Under the pieces are notes generated by a model. The model made no database searches, was not told the DNA's origin, and saw only the letters and a program-made list of their open reading frames with translations. Made by a program: the position numbers and the translations under genes. DNA of 64,000 nt from positions 26,722,001-26,786,000 of the forward strand of contig OX597833.1 in NCBI GenBank assembly GCA_951406725.2, given 5' to 3'. Position 1 is the first letter of the stretch, and each line of letters begins with the position of its first letter. Positions 30,216 through 44,205 of this stretch are shown one piece after another. This DNA comes from Octopus vulgaris (lineage: Eukaryota).

Positions 30216-30618
30216 CATCTATCCAGAAGAATGTCGTGTGACACTAACGTTAATGACATGGGTTTATATTTAGAGTTTGTCCAAGTTTGTCAGAACAAAG
30301 CTGGCTCACCTCTGATTTCCTTAGGATCTCCAAGCTGCTATACGAAGGGAGAAAGATAAATCCTGGCTCGGATTGCTTCAGTAGTAAGGTGAAGTCCAAC
30401 ATAATCCCCATCTACTCCCCATCTACTCCTACGTTGAAGCATGCGTCTATTCAGTTTCTCTGCCCATGCGCAATCATTGACCATCCGACCATCTTCCACG
30501 TACTATCTCTATATTTGGTTTAGCTTACAATGTTCTGGTCGACCCTTGTATCTTGCAAAAGACAATTCCGCAAGATGCCAAGCATTTGCTCGCGTACAAG
30601 CAGTTCAGACTAAAGAGA

Positions 30619-31005
30619 CTCTCTGTACTCTTTTACTTGTTTCAGTCATTTAACTGTGGCCATGCTGGATCACCGCCTTTAGTCGAGCACAAAGCCTAGT
30701 ACTTATTCTATCGTTCTGTTTTGCCGAACCGCTAAATTACGGGGACGTTAACACACCAGCAACGGTTGTTAAGCGATGTTGGGGGACAAACACAAACACA
30801 TAAACACACAGACACACACACACACACATATATACATATATACGACGGGCTTCTTTCAGTTTCCGCCTACCAAATCCACTCACAAGGCTTTGGTAGGTCC
30901 GAGGCTATAGTAGAAGGCACTTGCCCAATGTGCCAGGCAGTGGGAATGAACCCGGAACCATGAGGCTGGTAAGCAACCTACTTGCCACACAGCCACTCCT
31001 GCGCC
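30619..31005 (-). mobile_element. SINE family A
   Basis: Reverse complement of 23945-24360. Confidence 0.9.
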
Positions 31006-31021
31006 TGTGGAATTTATTAAA

Positions 31022-31340
31022 ATGACTGACCATGGGGTTGCACCTAGGAAGTTACCCACCCAAGCACAAGTCCGGGTAAGGTTGTTTATGGAAGATCAGC
31101 AGTTACCCATGCATACCGGCCTCCCCTCTCCACGGCACCAGTGTTATCCAAGGGAAAGGCAAAGCCGATACAGCTTGACCCCTGTGACGTCGCAGCGCAT
31201 TTCTGCAGCTGAGTGACCTGGAACAACGTGAAATAAAGTGTCTTGCTCAAGAGCACAATACACAGCTCGGTCCGGGATTCGAACTCACAACTTCATGATC
31301 GTAAGCTTGACGCTCTAACCACTGACCCATGCGTCTTCAC
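31022..31340 (-). mobile_element. tRNA-derived SINE family C
   Basis: Minus-strand head GCATGGGTCAGTGGTTAGAGCG...GAGTTCGAATCCCGG, then CTTGAGCAAGACACTT. Confidence 0.8.
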
Positions 31341-32259
31341 ATTAGCATATATTATAACGACATTAAAGAGATGAAATCGTTGAGTCGATTCATAAACATA
31401 GGTGGACTAAGCAAGTCAACGCATCATGATATCATTGACAAAATTCGCCATGAAAAGTAATATCTCTTATTCGGTGTAGCAATTCCAACAAGCGAGAATG
31501 CCTCTTTACAAGAAAAATGGATAAATTTAACTGCAAAGGGAACATTTTAATCACGCGGCCATGCTTGCATCGTATCAAAGTAATGACATTACATAATTGT
31601 GGAACAGATTTGTTTTCAAAGAATGATGTCAATTTCAAAATGGCGTATATTTAAATTATATTTCCTCTGTTGCCGCAGCTGCCTCGTTTAAATATTCTAC
31701 GTTGACGACGCTATGTTTGAAATAAAAAATAAATTGCAAATTTCATAAGCTCCATTTGATGTTATCCATTTATTTATCTAATACATTATCTTTGTAGGAG
31801 ATTTGACAGACATTGACTCATACATATATGCAAATATACATATATGTACCCAAGCATATATTAATACATTATCATACACAAAAATAGTCACAAGCACACA
31901 TACACATATACAAACACACACACAAACACACACACACACAAACACACACACAACACACAAACACACACACACACGCAATTACATTAATACACGCCTCAGA
32001 AACACATATCTAAATATTTGAATGCATGTGTGCGTATCGAAGATCATTAAGGGCATACAACGTATGCAAGAGCAGCATACACACAGAAGATACACACATC
32101 TGCACTAACTTTTTTATACCTTCTTTCTACGTCTCTGTCTTTCTTTGCTTCTTTCACTCACTCTCTACTTCTCTTTCGCAAACATAAAGAGAGAAACTTA
32201 TGAAATGTTGATATACACATATCTATGTATATATGTGCTTATATCAATGTGCGTGTATA

Positions 32260-32304
<45 letters not shown>

Positions 32305-32677
32305 GTGTGTGTGTAAGGCGCACACGCGCACACTTTTTATATATTGATTTCGAGATGACGCTCTGCCGTAATTGCTTCTTCAGTATATACGTTATTTTTG
32401 AAAGATATTTTTAAAATACTTTAATATTATTGCATCCATTATTATTAATCTATGATTATTATTATTATCAACATCGTCCTGATCATCGTTATCATCTTCA
32501 TCCTCATCATCATCATCATCATCATCATAATGTTGACTAGTTTTTTTTTTCGTTTAATTATTTACTTTCATTGGTATAATGGACTTTCATATTTTCTGTT
32601 GGTTTTTGAAGTTATTTATATAGATCAAAGACTATATAGCCTTTTCTGTTGATATAACATCCTTTTGGAGGGATTAT

Positions 32678-32759
<82 letters not shown>

Positions 32760-35269
32760 ACATATATATATATATTTGTGTGTGTGTGTGTGTGTATGCG
32801 TATCCAAGCGGGAGAGTATAGAAAAGAAAGAGAGACAGACAGACAGACCAGGGAGAGATTTAGGCGTGTTCTTAAACTTGTAGAAAAAAATTATTCTTTT
32901 CTTCTTTTCTTCTTTGTCATCTAATTTGGTTTATTTCTTATTTCACTTTCTATTGAAAGCCTTCACGTCATATCTCTTATTTGTTCTCTTGTTTGTGCCC
33001 TTGTTTGCTCTTTCTTTTAATTTTTTTTAGTACATTTAAGCAATCATTGGAGATTTATTGAATATTCTTGCTATTATTAGAACAAGGAAAGAAGGATTTT
33101 AGACTAAGGCATTATAAAAATCCCTACGCTTTAAATCAGTGGTTTTCAACCACTTTTTATCTAAGGGCTTTTTATTCTTATTTTACTATGTTAAAACCCC
33201 ATAACCAATCGGTGGATAAAAATTTCTATTATATTTTTATAATTAAATATTATCAGGAATTGTATATTATACAAGTACAAGCAATATATTGTTCCTAGAT
33301 TTTAACAAGATTTTTACACGAAGCTCTAAGAGCATACTTTGAGAACTACTACTCGATCTTGCTTTGCTCTCGAAAATATATATTCCAGATATCTGATCAA
33401 CATAACGACGTACTCGCTGTATTGCAGTGCAAACGGCCGAGTATTCCACAAGCTCCATTTGCATAACGGTCGCGCAAGCTCAACGTGACATTATGCCTGA
33501 CAAGGATGTCCTCCTGAATTGCAGGAAACACCCTCACGGAACAGACTTTATCAGCATTTTACTCCAAGTCGGTTTTACTAAAGAAGGTTCTACTAAAAGA
33601 TACTTCTTACATAATCATGGGATCTTGTGTTCAGTGTCATAAGGATCATACACACATATGTACACATAAGTTCACATACACACAATCATGCATTCATAAG
33701 GAATACAACATATTCTATTCCCAAGATTCATCTAAGAGGATTATGATGGACAGATAACTCAGCCTTGCAGTTACGATTCTCCTATCATTAAGTTAGTTTG
33801 GAGTCAAAGAGGTATCCCCAAAATAGAATAGAACTAAGAAATAACCTCTCTACGAGCTAGAAATAGAAGCAAAATATCCTACACATTGTAGCCTGTTGCC
33901 TTCAAAGGGACACATTGGCTGCTGTAGTTTTAAGGATACTATCACTAAAAAAGTTGGCGGAATTGTTACGCCTGGGGCGTCTTTGATTATATGGATGTTC
34001 TGTTTTGTCTGAATTCAAAACCAAATTACAATTACTACAGTTCTCTATCGAATAAAGGGAAATTGCAATCAGGTTATTTTAGTAATCCAACAAGGGCTCA
34101 GATGTCACAACATTAGCCCTAGGATTTTGACAAGGTAGTTTATAAATGCAGAATGTACAGACGGAAAAGACACTCAGAAGTCTCTGAAATTAAGCTGCAA
34201 CTATTCCGCTAACCCCGCACCCGAATGTTTATGTAAAGATGACGAGGGCAAGATTCAAACGCTCAGCGAAGAGAACTGGAACAGTCATCTTTTATACAAA
34301 ACACTTTAATCTTAATAGGAAGAAACTCGACACTTTCGAAAACATAGTCTTAGAAGCACGATGTCATAAAGATTGACGGAATAGTAAAAGCTACATCATC
34401 CTTGATCTTAGGTCTGCTTAATTCTGTCTAGCCTGGAGCTGAACAACGACTTGCACACTTCTCTCTCTTTTGCTCTTCCCCCACACATGAAATACATATG
34501 TGCACACACACACACACACACACACACCGATATGCGCAGAAACAAATGAAAACGTTCAGAGATACTCTATTCCTTCTTGTCTCTTCTCTCATTCTCAGTC
34601 CTCACCTCTTTCTCGCTCTCTAGCTCTCGACGTTTTCCTTTCCCCTTCGGCCATTTATAATAATTGATGTTAGCGTTAGCGCATTCTGATAGTACACGAC
34701 ACAAGCACACATATGCAAACTTAGGAACTCACACACATATTTACAGTTCCACACTCACTCTCTCCCATTCTTGCTTCTCTTCATTTTGAATCTACCTCTA
34801 CTTGATTCTTTTTTAAAGCAATTTTGCATTAGTAATTATTAGAGCCAGCTGGAGCTCTGTCTAATGTACCTCGATGACACGCGAACCCACAAATACATGT
34901 ACATACACTGCATAGACATAAGCATCAAAATGAAACATGAATATACGTAAAAAAAGTTATCCAAATATACACTTACACACACATATACACACCATACAAA
35001 CATGCACATAAGTACTGGGGTCGATTTGTTTGGCTAAATACTTCAAGGACGCTTAAGTTTCTTTTTTTAGTACGGCTGTAAACCAAAGACTGAAACAAGG
35101 CTGACAGTCTCCTCCTCTCTCTCTCCCCATATATATATGTGTGTGTGTGTATGTATATATATATATATATATATATAACATTAATTCGAGACAAAACCAC
35201 TATTTTGCAAAACAAACAAGGAAAGACTTAATCAATACATAAACATTTTTAATATAAAGAAATAAACCG

Positions 35270-35312
35270 CCACTACAATCGTTTCATGTCTTCAATGACA
35301 TTCGTCAGGTGG
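35270..35312 (-). ncRNA. Minimal type I hammerhead ribozyme motif (mirror copy)
   Basis: Exact reverse complement of 35355-35397. Confidence 0.85.
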
Positions 35313-35354
35313 ATTTTCGATCTCCTAATCTGTTTTAATTAGGAGATCGAAAAT

Positions 35355-35397
35355 CCACCTGACGAATGTCATTGAAGACATGAAACGATTGTAGTGG
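35355..35397 (+). ncRNA. Minimal type I hammerhead ribozyme motif
   Basis: CCAC-CTGACGA-ATGTC[ATTGAA]GACAT-GAAA-C[GATT]G-TA-GTGG; the core is intact. Confidence 0.85.
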
Positions 35398-35597
35398 CGG
35401 TTTATTTCTTTATATTAAAAAATTTTATGTATTGATTCAGTCTTTCCTTGTTTGTTTTGCAAAATAGTGGTTTTGTCTCGAATTAATATTATATAATATT
35501 TTACTATAAAATTGGATTTAATCCTAAATCTGATTTTTTCCCTGTAAATTTGGATTTATTCCCTAATATTTATTATTATATATATATATATATATAC

Positions 35598-35798
35598 ATT
35601 ACTTTTTTTAGTCATTAGACTTCGGCCATTTCAAGGCACTGTCTTGAAGGGATTTAGTCGAACAAATCGAACCCAGGACTTGCTTTTTAAAGCCTAGCAT
35701 TTATCCTATCGATCTCTTTGCCTAACCGCTATGTTACAAGGATGTAAACACGCCAACACTGGTTGTAGGGACGAACACAGACATAAAGCCACTCACAG

Positions 35799-35852
<54 letters not shown>

Positions 35853-36013
35853 CTGACTTCTTTCCGTTTCTGTCTACCAAATCCACCCACCAGTATTTGG
35901 TCGGCGCGAGGCTATAGTAGAAGACAAATGCCCAAGGTGTTACGCAGTGAGACTGAAGCTGAAACCACGCGGTTGGGAAGCAAGCGCCTTACCACCCAGC
36001 CATGCTTGCGCCT
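35598..36013 (-). mobile_element. SINE family A
   Basis: Diverged reverse complement of the family A consensus. Confidence 0.85.
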
Positions 36014-36014
36014 T

Positions 36015-36064
<50 letters not shown>

Positions 36065-36544
36065 TAATGTAGGATAAAAAATTTTTCGAAAAAAAATGTT
36101 ATCAATGACCAGCATATTAAAAAATACCTTTAAATGTTAAATTTATAAATAACTTATAAAATAAGGGCAAAAGTTAATTCATAAGAATTTTCCCCTCTTC
36201 AGCAATAAGTATTTATGAACCACACACGCTATATACTTGGACTTCACTCCAGCTTTATTATCTTAAGATTATTATTCATTCTATCTTCTTTTCAGACGAA
36301 CTACTAAGTTACAGGGACCTAAACACACCAACTCTCCTACAGTCACAAAGGTTTGTACTGACGAAGGATTTTACTTTTTCAAATTCATAATAAGCTTTGA
36401 TTGCATTAATATGAATCTAAGCAACAAACAGAAGCCCGTGTAGGTAACATGGTTTGACTACTATAATAGATATATTGATTATTCTGCTGATGCATTCTCC
36501 ATTATGTTTGGATCGCAATGTGTATGTGTATGTACATATATATG

Positions 36545-36866
<322 letters not shown>

Positions 36867-37462
36867 AATGCATATATTTGTATGATAGACTTCTGTCAGG
36901 TTTTGTCTACCAGGTCCACTTGAACTTTCTCACAGCTTTCGAACCTGGTGAAGAAAAGAAAGGGAATTTTCTCCAAAGAAGAGACTTAGCCAGTATACCT
37001 TTCCCAGAATAGCACATTTGCTAAAGACACAAAACTATCAGGTGGTAATACGGCGTTGATGCGAAGGTTAGACTGAGTCTAACACACAATAAAGTAAATA
37101 ATTCAGGCAAAAACTTCCACAGTTTCTGCCTATGGAATTTTAAAGCATTTACATGACTCGAAGGTTGCAAAGCAGTCTTTCTAACCACAGAGCCGTGTCT
37201 GCACACAAGTTCTTCAAAACTGGCGTCCGTTTTATAGTAAAACATAGACGTCGATTTGAGATTACTTGTGAGATAAAACTATTTATTTTTCTCTTTGTTT
37301 CAGAAAAAGTTAATGATCAATAACAGTCACTGAGTGTTTTGGAAGAATATCAAATTCCCGTCAACACTGGCAACTAATACATACTTAGGTACGTACATGT
37401 ACACACATTTGTATGTAAAGATGAGTGTATGCGCTAGCGTGTGTTTAATGACATAAAATAAC

Positions 37463-37498
<36 letters not shown>

Positions 37499-37556
37499 AT
37501 ATTTATTATAAGATAAGAAGGTAATAAAAGCATCATATATCTATATCTATCTATTT

Positions 37557-37630
<74 letters not shown>

Positions 37631-37719
37631 TTTTATGTTTCTTCTAAATAAATAATATTGCTTTCTAAATATATTACAGTGAAACCCCACCCAGCTTACT
37701 TGATAGAGCAATGTTTCCC

Positions 37720-38088
37720 CGGCCATGTAGTTCAGGTTTCAGTCTCCCTACGTGGCACCTTGGGCAAGTGTCTTCTACTATAGCTGCGGGCCGACGAAAG
37801 TGAGTGGATTTAGTAGACAGAAACTGAAAGAAGCCCGTCGTATGTATGTGTGTGTGCATACATTTGTGTGTGTGTGTGTGTGTGTGTGTTTGTGTTTGTC
37901 CCTCCACCATCGCTTGTCAACCGATGTTAGTGCGTTTACGTCCCCGTAAATTAGTACTTCGACAAAGAGACCGATAGAATAAGTACTAGGCTTACAAAGA
38001 ATAAGTCCTGAAGTCGATTTGCTCGAGTAAATATGGTGCTCTAGCATAGCGCAAGCAAATTGCTGAAACAAATAAAAGAATAAAAGAA
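37720..38088 (+). mobile_element. SINE family A
   Basis: Colinear with 23945-24360. Confidence 0.85.
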
Positions 38089-38211
38089 TATATCTGTGAT
38101 ACTATATTATCCAACTTATCACTCTTATTAAAAGCTATAGTTTGTGATTGAAAAGGAATCTGGCTTCTATTTCTAGTTCGAATGTTCTTGTTGCGGTTTT
38201 TCTCTGGGTTT

Positions 38212-38615
38212 ACAGTTACTTCTCGTGTTCCTCGTACTCTTCGGTTAAGCCCACATTTTTTCGGCTTCTTAGCACATGTACGTACACACACGTGATTCAA
38301 TGCGATTTGTGTATGCAATCACGTAAGTACATTAGAGTTTCATATGGCTTCATGTCTTTATCTTCGTCTTTTGTTTTCTCTCTAGTCACTGTTTTTCACA
38401 TATGCATTTGCATATGTGAAAAACAGTGACTAGAGAGAAAACAAAAGACGAAGATAAAGACATGAAGCCATATGAAACTCTAATGTACTTACGTGATTGC
38501 ATACACAAATCGCATTGAATCACGTGTGTGAATGAGTTTATGTACGTACATGTGCTAAGAAGCCGAAAAAATGTGGGCTTAACCGAAGAGTACGAGGAAC
38601 ACGAGAAGTAACTGT
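38212..38615. repeat. Near-perfect palindrome (~195-bp arms, 2-nt loop)
   Basis: Arms 38212-38406 and 38409-38615; the right arm has an extra 12 nt (AATGAGTTTATG). Confidence 0.92.
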
Positions 38616-39504
38616 GGTGAGGAAGCTACACAAATTGTGATATCGATAGAGAAATAGTTATGAATTGGAAACAGAAAAACAGGGAGAGGGAGGGAATGGA
38701 AGTGAGAGAGAATGAGAGAGAGACACAGGGAGAGAGAAACAGACAGACAGAGAGTGGGAGAGAGAAACAAGCGTTGTAGTTGATAGAAAGAAACAGAGAG
38801 AAAGGTTCAGTGTGAAAGGAATTGATATACTCTACTACCGAGAGAAGGGGAGAAAAAGTGAGACACTGATAGCAGAAAACAAAATCATTTTTCATTACAC
38901 GTTATGTCACATCAAAAATCGAAAGTGCAAGTGACATATCAGCTGACCAAATAATAATACAAATATAACAGATTATTTATGTGTAATCAGTGAGAATATT
39001 TGGTTTTATTTAGTAACAAAATATTATGTAAATTAATGAGGAATCAAAAGGAAATAGTATCGTTTTGTTGTTTACGTGTGTTTAGACGCCGCCATTAAAT
39101 TTCTATATTGCCATCATCATTTATAACGAACTTAGGTATTTAGCGCGTTAATAAATGAAGTTAATTTTTTTCCCGATGAATCTCTTCGTAAGGCAGTTTC
39201 ATTCATCAGGATGTGTAGTAAATGCAAACAGTGGTTAACAACCACAATCTTCTAGAAGAAATCAGCTCAAGAACCAAACAATCGATAAGGATAATGTAAA
39301 GGAACTAAACGCGAGAGTAAGACGTATGATATTTATGTCTCATAATCAAAGATACAGAGCTGATGTTATTTCATACGACCAGCGATCATTAAAAGACAAT
39401 ACAATATCATTTTACTTGATGTTAATATTTTTAATATTTTATACGTATTTTAATGACAAGTCATGACATATATACAAAAACATCCACACACATGTGTGTG
39501 TATG

Positions 39505-39567
<63 letters not shown>

Positions 39568-39608
39568 ATATATGTATATCGACACAGAGACATACACACA
39601 TATATATA

Positions 39609-40455
39609 CGTGGTCTGATCAATATGTATCCGGACTGTTGTCATAGTAGCGACGCTAAAGCACGCAGAGTAAAGCCGATTGATACAGATTGACCTTGAAC
39701 TCTGCTGTCCATGGGTACTAAGTTTTAACGTTCTAGCTTACTTCTGTTGTTTACAGCAGTGCTTCGAAGTAACGTATGTAGCATGTGTTCGTTGCATTGA
39801 CCATGACAGGTAAAGTTGAGCAGAGAATCTGCATCAAGTCTTGCCAAAAGTTTGGCGATATCTGCTCAGAAGCCTACGCAAAGTTTTCGAAAAGATTTCA
39901 TCGTTCTGGACACAATCAAGGAGATTTTGCGCAACTGAAATCTGAGTGTCTTTTCGGTCAGCTGAAAGCGTCTCATATCCAAATCTTCAGTGATAATGAA
40001 CTGAACTGAACCGTAACTAATCTGCACATCCTCTGATAACTCACGGATGACGAATCGACGATTTCCCTTCACAGCTGCACGCAGATCTGCGATGCTTTTC
40101 TCATTTCTACTGGTTGCAGGTCTCCCAGAACGTTCGTCACTATCGACATATTTCGGCCATACTAGAAACGTCTGAACCACTCATACACTCCTTTCCATAC
40201 ACTTTCTGCGACTTTGCGTGTACCTCTAAGCAGGTATCGCCATGACAACTTTCTCTGTCATAGTCAATGCGACGATCACACGTTACACATGTTATTTCGA
40301 AGCACTGTTGTAAACATCGGAGGTGAGCTAGAACGTTAAAACTTAATCTACATGCACAGCAGAGGTTAAGGTCACCCTGTGCCAAGCTGCTTCACTCTGC
40401 GTGCTGTAGCTTCGTTACTATGGCAACAGACCAGATATTTATTGATCAGACCTCG
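39609..40455. mobile_element. Tc1/mariner foldback derivative made of two 5' ends
   Basis: TA-flanked TIRs CGTGGTCTGATCAATA / TATTGATCAGACCTCG and ~200-bp inverted arms. Transposase N-terminus MTGKVEQRICIKSCQKFGD on +, and HTH region DERSGRPATSRNE...RRFVIRELSEDVQISYGSVQFIITEDLDMRR on -. Confidence 0.88.
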
Positions 40456-41360
40456 TATGCGCGTGTGTGTGTGTATGCATAATTTTGATATTAGTTATAT
40501 AATGAGTGTATTTAGATACAATGTAGTGGAAAGTAAAAGCGATAATATTAATTAATTCTAACGGATGCACTTAGAGACCAAAAAATCTAGTTTCTTACAA
40601 AACCTTTAACGAATACCGCATTTGGTATTCGGCACTATATTGGCAGTAGAATCGAATACTTTCTCCGTGTAATCTGACGTTAGATTTGATGATTTCTTTA
40701 ATATTATTATCTTAATAGAAATAGAAGTTTATGTAAAAGTTAAACCATAAAAATCAATGACGTCAGTAAAGAAAAAAATAATAAGAGAAGTAGCGAAGAA
40801 AATACATAATATTTCTATTTAGATATTTTCGTGGGGAATGTACTTACAGGAACGTAGTTAAATAACAGCTTGTTAAAACATGCGGTACGATATGTAATAA
40901 GCTTCTTATCTGTAACCACATACATGTATGTGCGTGCGTTTAAGTTTGTGAATATGGACATGAGTATGTGCGTGTGTATATGTATGAAATGTGTGTGCAT
41001 ATATATATTTGTATGTAAATATGTCACATCTGTGTATCTATTATTGTATAACACTATGTGTGTATGTATATGTGCGTCTGTGTGAGTATGTCTGTGTGTG
41101 TGTGTGTCTATCTGTGCTTGTGTGTGTATGTGTCTACACTCTTCAGTTAAATCTGAGGATATATAAGCATTTATGGGAGAAATACTACAAGATTATCAAA
41201 AATAAGCAAGAGACTAGTCCTTGAAGAAAACTAGCTCAGGGAACTAGAAGCAAGGAGAAGAGGAAATGATGAGGAATGATGGATATTTAGATAGCAAGAT
41301 AAACAGATATAGGCATATCTGCGAGTGTTTGTGTGTGAGAATGTGTATGTGTGTGTATGC

Positions 41361-41462
<102 letters not shown>

Positions 41463-42286
41463 TAGTGTAGTTCTATCTGTGTAAACTTCTCTAGCATTTC
41501 TTAGTTGCCAGTAAGTTACATAAGTGACTCAAGAACCTTCAGCTTCGTGCAAGGGACCTATCAAACTCGCATAAAATTTTCAGACTAGGTTTCCTATATA
41601 GATTAAATTACAATTATTTCTCAAACATTTAATACAAATTAAATTAGAGAATCTCGTGAAAACTGCATTTATAGACACGCACCATATAGACACGCACCAT
41701 CGCGACTAAAACATTCAAAGTGGAAACTGAAACAAACCTTATATAGACATACACCTACATATATACATGTATATTCCTTTCTACTACAATCCCTATGTCT
41801 AATACATTTTAGGGGAAGGGTCTAGTAAACTACATCGATCTCAGATTTCAACTAGCTCTCAATTCATTGAACCTGAAAAGATTAAATGCAAAACCGACTT
41901 CGGCGGAACTTATACATGTATAATATAAATATATATACTAATACACGTATACACACATTAACATACACACGTGCGGGCTCACACACAAACGTACGCACAT
42001 GCATTTTGCTAAACAAAAAACGTTACTTCTTCCAAAGGCTTTTTTATGCAAAACAAACCTGTTCACTACTATCAGAAAGAGCTCATTCCTCGCAATGTAA
42101 TTGTAACAACCTCGATATTTCAATTCTCAAAGCATTGTTTTTTTTAATTTTAGTATATTTCCCTAAAGACCGTTCTGTAGATGACAATTGAAGAAGGCTT
42201 ATAAGGTTGAATGAAAGCCTTTTCAACAATGCACTAATGAATCTGGAGTCTCAATGAACATAGGTACATATTAACGTGTGAACACA

Positions 42287-42343
<57 letters not shown>

Positions 42344-42400
42344 ATATACATACGTACACACACACCCACACACACACTTACACACACATATATATATATA

Positions 42401-42484
42401 CAAGTGTCTTCTGCTATAGCCCCGGGCCGACCAATGCCTTGTGAGTGGATTTGGTACACGGAAACTGAAAGAAGCCTGTCGTAA

Positions 42485-42556
<72 letters not shown>

Positions 42557-42783
42557 TTGTGTGTCTGTTGTGTCTGTGTTTGTCCCCCTAGCATTGCTTG
42601 ACAACCGATGCTGGTGTGTTTACGTCTCCGTCACATTAGCGGTTCGGCATAAGAGACCGATAGAATAAGTACTGGGCTTACAAAGAATAAGTCCCGGGGG
42701 CGATTTGCTCGACTAAAGGCGGTGCTCCAGCATGGCCGCAGTCAAATGTCTGAAACAAGTGAAAGAGTAAAAGAGTAAAGAGT
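42401..42783 (+). mobile_element. 5'-truncated SINE family A
   Basis: Starts at CAAGTGTCTTCTGCTATAGCC; high similarity to 24027-24360. Confidence 0.9.
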
Positions 42784-42787
42784 ATAC

Positions 42788-43870
42788 ATTAGAGAATAAA
42801 AGTAAGAAAAGTTATGTCTTAAAAATCACAGCCGGGATAAGTCCATAATACAAGCAATATTGTATTAATAAATAAATAGATAAAGTACAATTATGATCAT
42901 TAAAAATATTTTTGAAAGTACTTACGATCGTTTCATGAATATACTACCTCTCAAAATGAAATCTAAAGTTAATAGCCATTACTGGGAAGTATATCCACTC
43001 GTCAGAGAAAAGGATAAATTTCAGCGTAGTAAATTGAATGATGGAAATGCTATCTAAAATCGGATGAGAACAGTGTTGTTTAAAAAGTTGTTAGTATAAA
43101 TCTGTGTTGATATAAATTTGAGCTAAAAATTTTGGAAATATAAAATAAATCCATGGTAAAATCCGTGGAAAGAATCCGTAATGTCTGCGTGTAGATAGAA
43201 TTCCCATAATTCATTTCCTCTGAGGAAAGGAATTATGAGAATTCTATCTACACACAGCCATTACAGATTCTTTCCACGGATTTTAAAATGGATTTATTTT
43301 ATATTTCCAAATTTTTAGCTCGAGAGGAAATGAATTATAGGAATTGTATCTACGCACAGCCATAACAGATTATTACCACAGATTGTACTGTGGATTTATT
43401 TTATTTTTTCAAAATTTTTAGCTCAAATTTATATCAACACAGGTTTATACAAATAACATTTTAAACAACACCTTTCTCAGCCGATTTTAAATAGCATTTC
43501 CATCAATCTGCTCACTACACTGAAATGCATCCTATTCTCTGATGCGTGGATATAATACCCAATAATCGTTATTTACTTTAGATTTCAATTCGAGAGGTAA
43601 TATATTGATGAAACGATCGTAAGGATTTTCAAAAAAAATTTTAATGATCATAGCTGTACTTTAACTATTTATATATTAATACAATATTGCTTGTATTATG
43701 GACTTATCTTTACTGTGATTTTTAAGATATAGCTTTTCCTAGTTTTACTCTCTAATAAATTATCTGTCAAATTGAATCTCTAAATACCTTTTGAGGTTTT
43801 AGACATTTCTCATACCAAGAGCACTTATATGAAATCCAGTACACTTTGTTTTAAAAGGACATATTAAAAT
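42788..43870. mobile_element. Diverged long inverted repeat with internal tandem duplication and hammerhead motifs (PLE pseudo-LTR-like)
   Basis: Arms 42788-43220 and 43222-43756, centre CCTC-T-GAGG. A ~100-bp tandem duplication lies at 43222-43320 / 43323-43422, and an unpaired tail runs to about 43870. Confidence 0.85.
42919..43009 (-). ncRNA. Hammerhead motif with long stem II
   Basis: CTGACGA-GTGGATATACT[~42 nt]AGTATATTCAT-GAAA-C[GATC]G-TA. The mirror copy at 43535-43625 has CTGATGC. Stem I is weak. Confidence 0.6.
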
Positions 43871-44001
43871 ATATATATATATATATATATATAATAGAAA
43901 TAATAAAATTACTAAGTCTCTCTAAAAGAGAACAACGGTTCTCGATTAAGATTTTTTAAGATAAGGGGAAAACCTAATAAGAAAAGCCAGTGTCCAAGCA
44001 A

Positions 44002-44040
<39 letters not shown>

Positions 44041-44205
44041 TAGTTATCGCCATACTAATATGGCATTCTTATAAAAATAAGAATAAAGCTGACCGCTTAT
44101 TAGCTCCATGAGGCCATCGCCTTAAGTTAGCTATTTGATACACAAACTGTATCCATATAACCTTTGAACAAGGGAGGTCAGTCGCTCCACACTACTTGGC
44201 CGGCA

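Larger units (their letters stand above)
35174..35578. mobile_element. Near-perfect ~155-bp-arm palindrome with mirrored hammerheads and a one-sided tail (PLE pseudo-LTR-like) in (TA)n
   Basis: Arms 35174-35329 and 35338-35494, loop CTGTTTTA, unpaired tail to about 35578. Confidence 0.85.

Noticed and set aside
33137-33320. hAT MITE starting CAGTGGTTTTCAACC
   Set aside because: No second TIR or TSD found.
36066-36210. AT-rich stub with GCTGAAGAGGGG on the minus strand
   Set aside because: Only the 5' half of a hammerhead core, with no matching stem II or GAAA.
42188-42226. Hairpin TTGAAGAAGGCTT...AAGCCTTTTCAA as a hammerhead
   Set aside because: The GAAA lies inside the pairing arm, and no stem I/III or cleavage triplet can be built.
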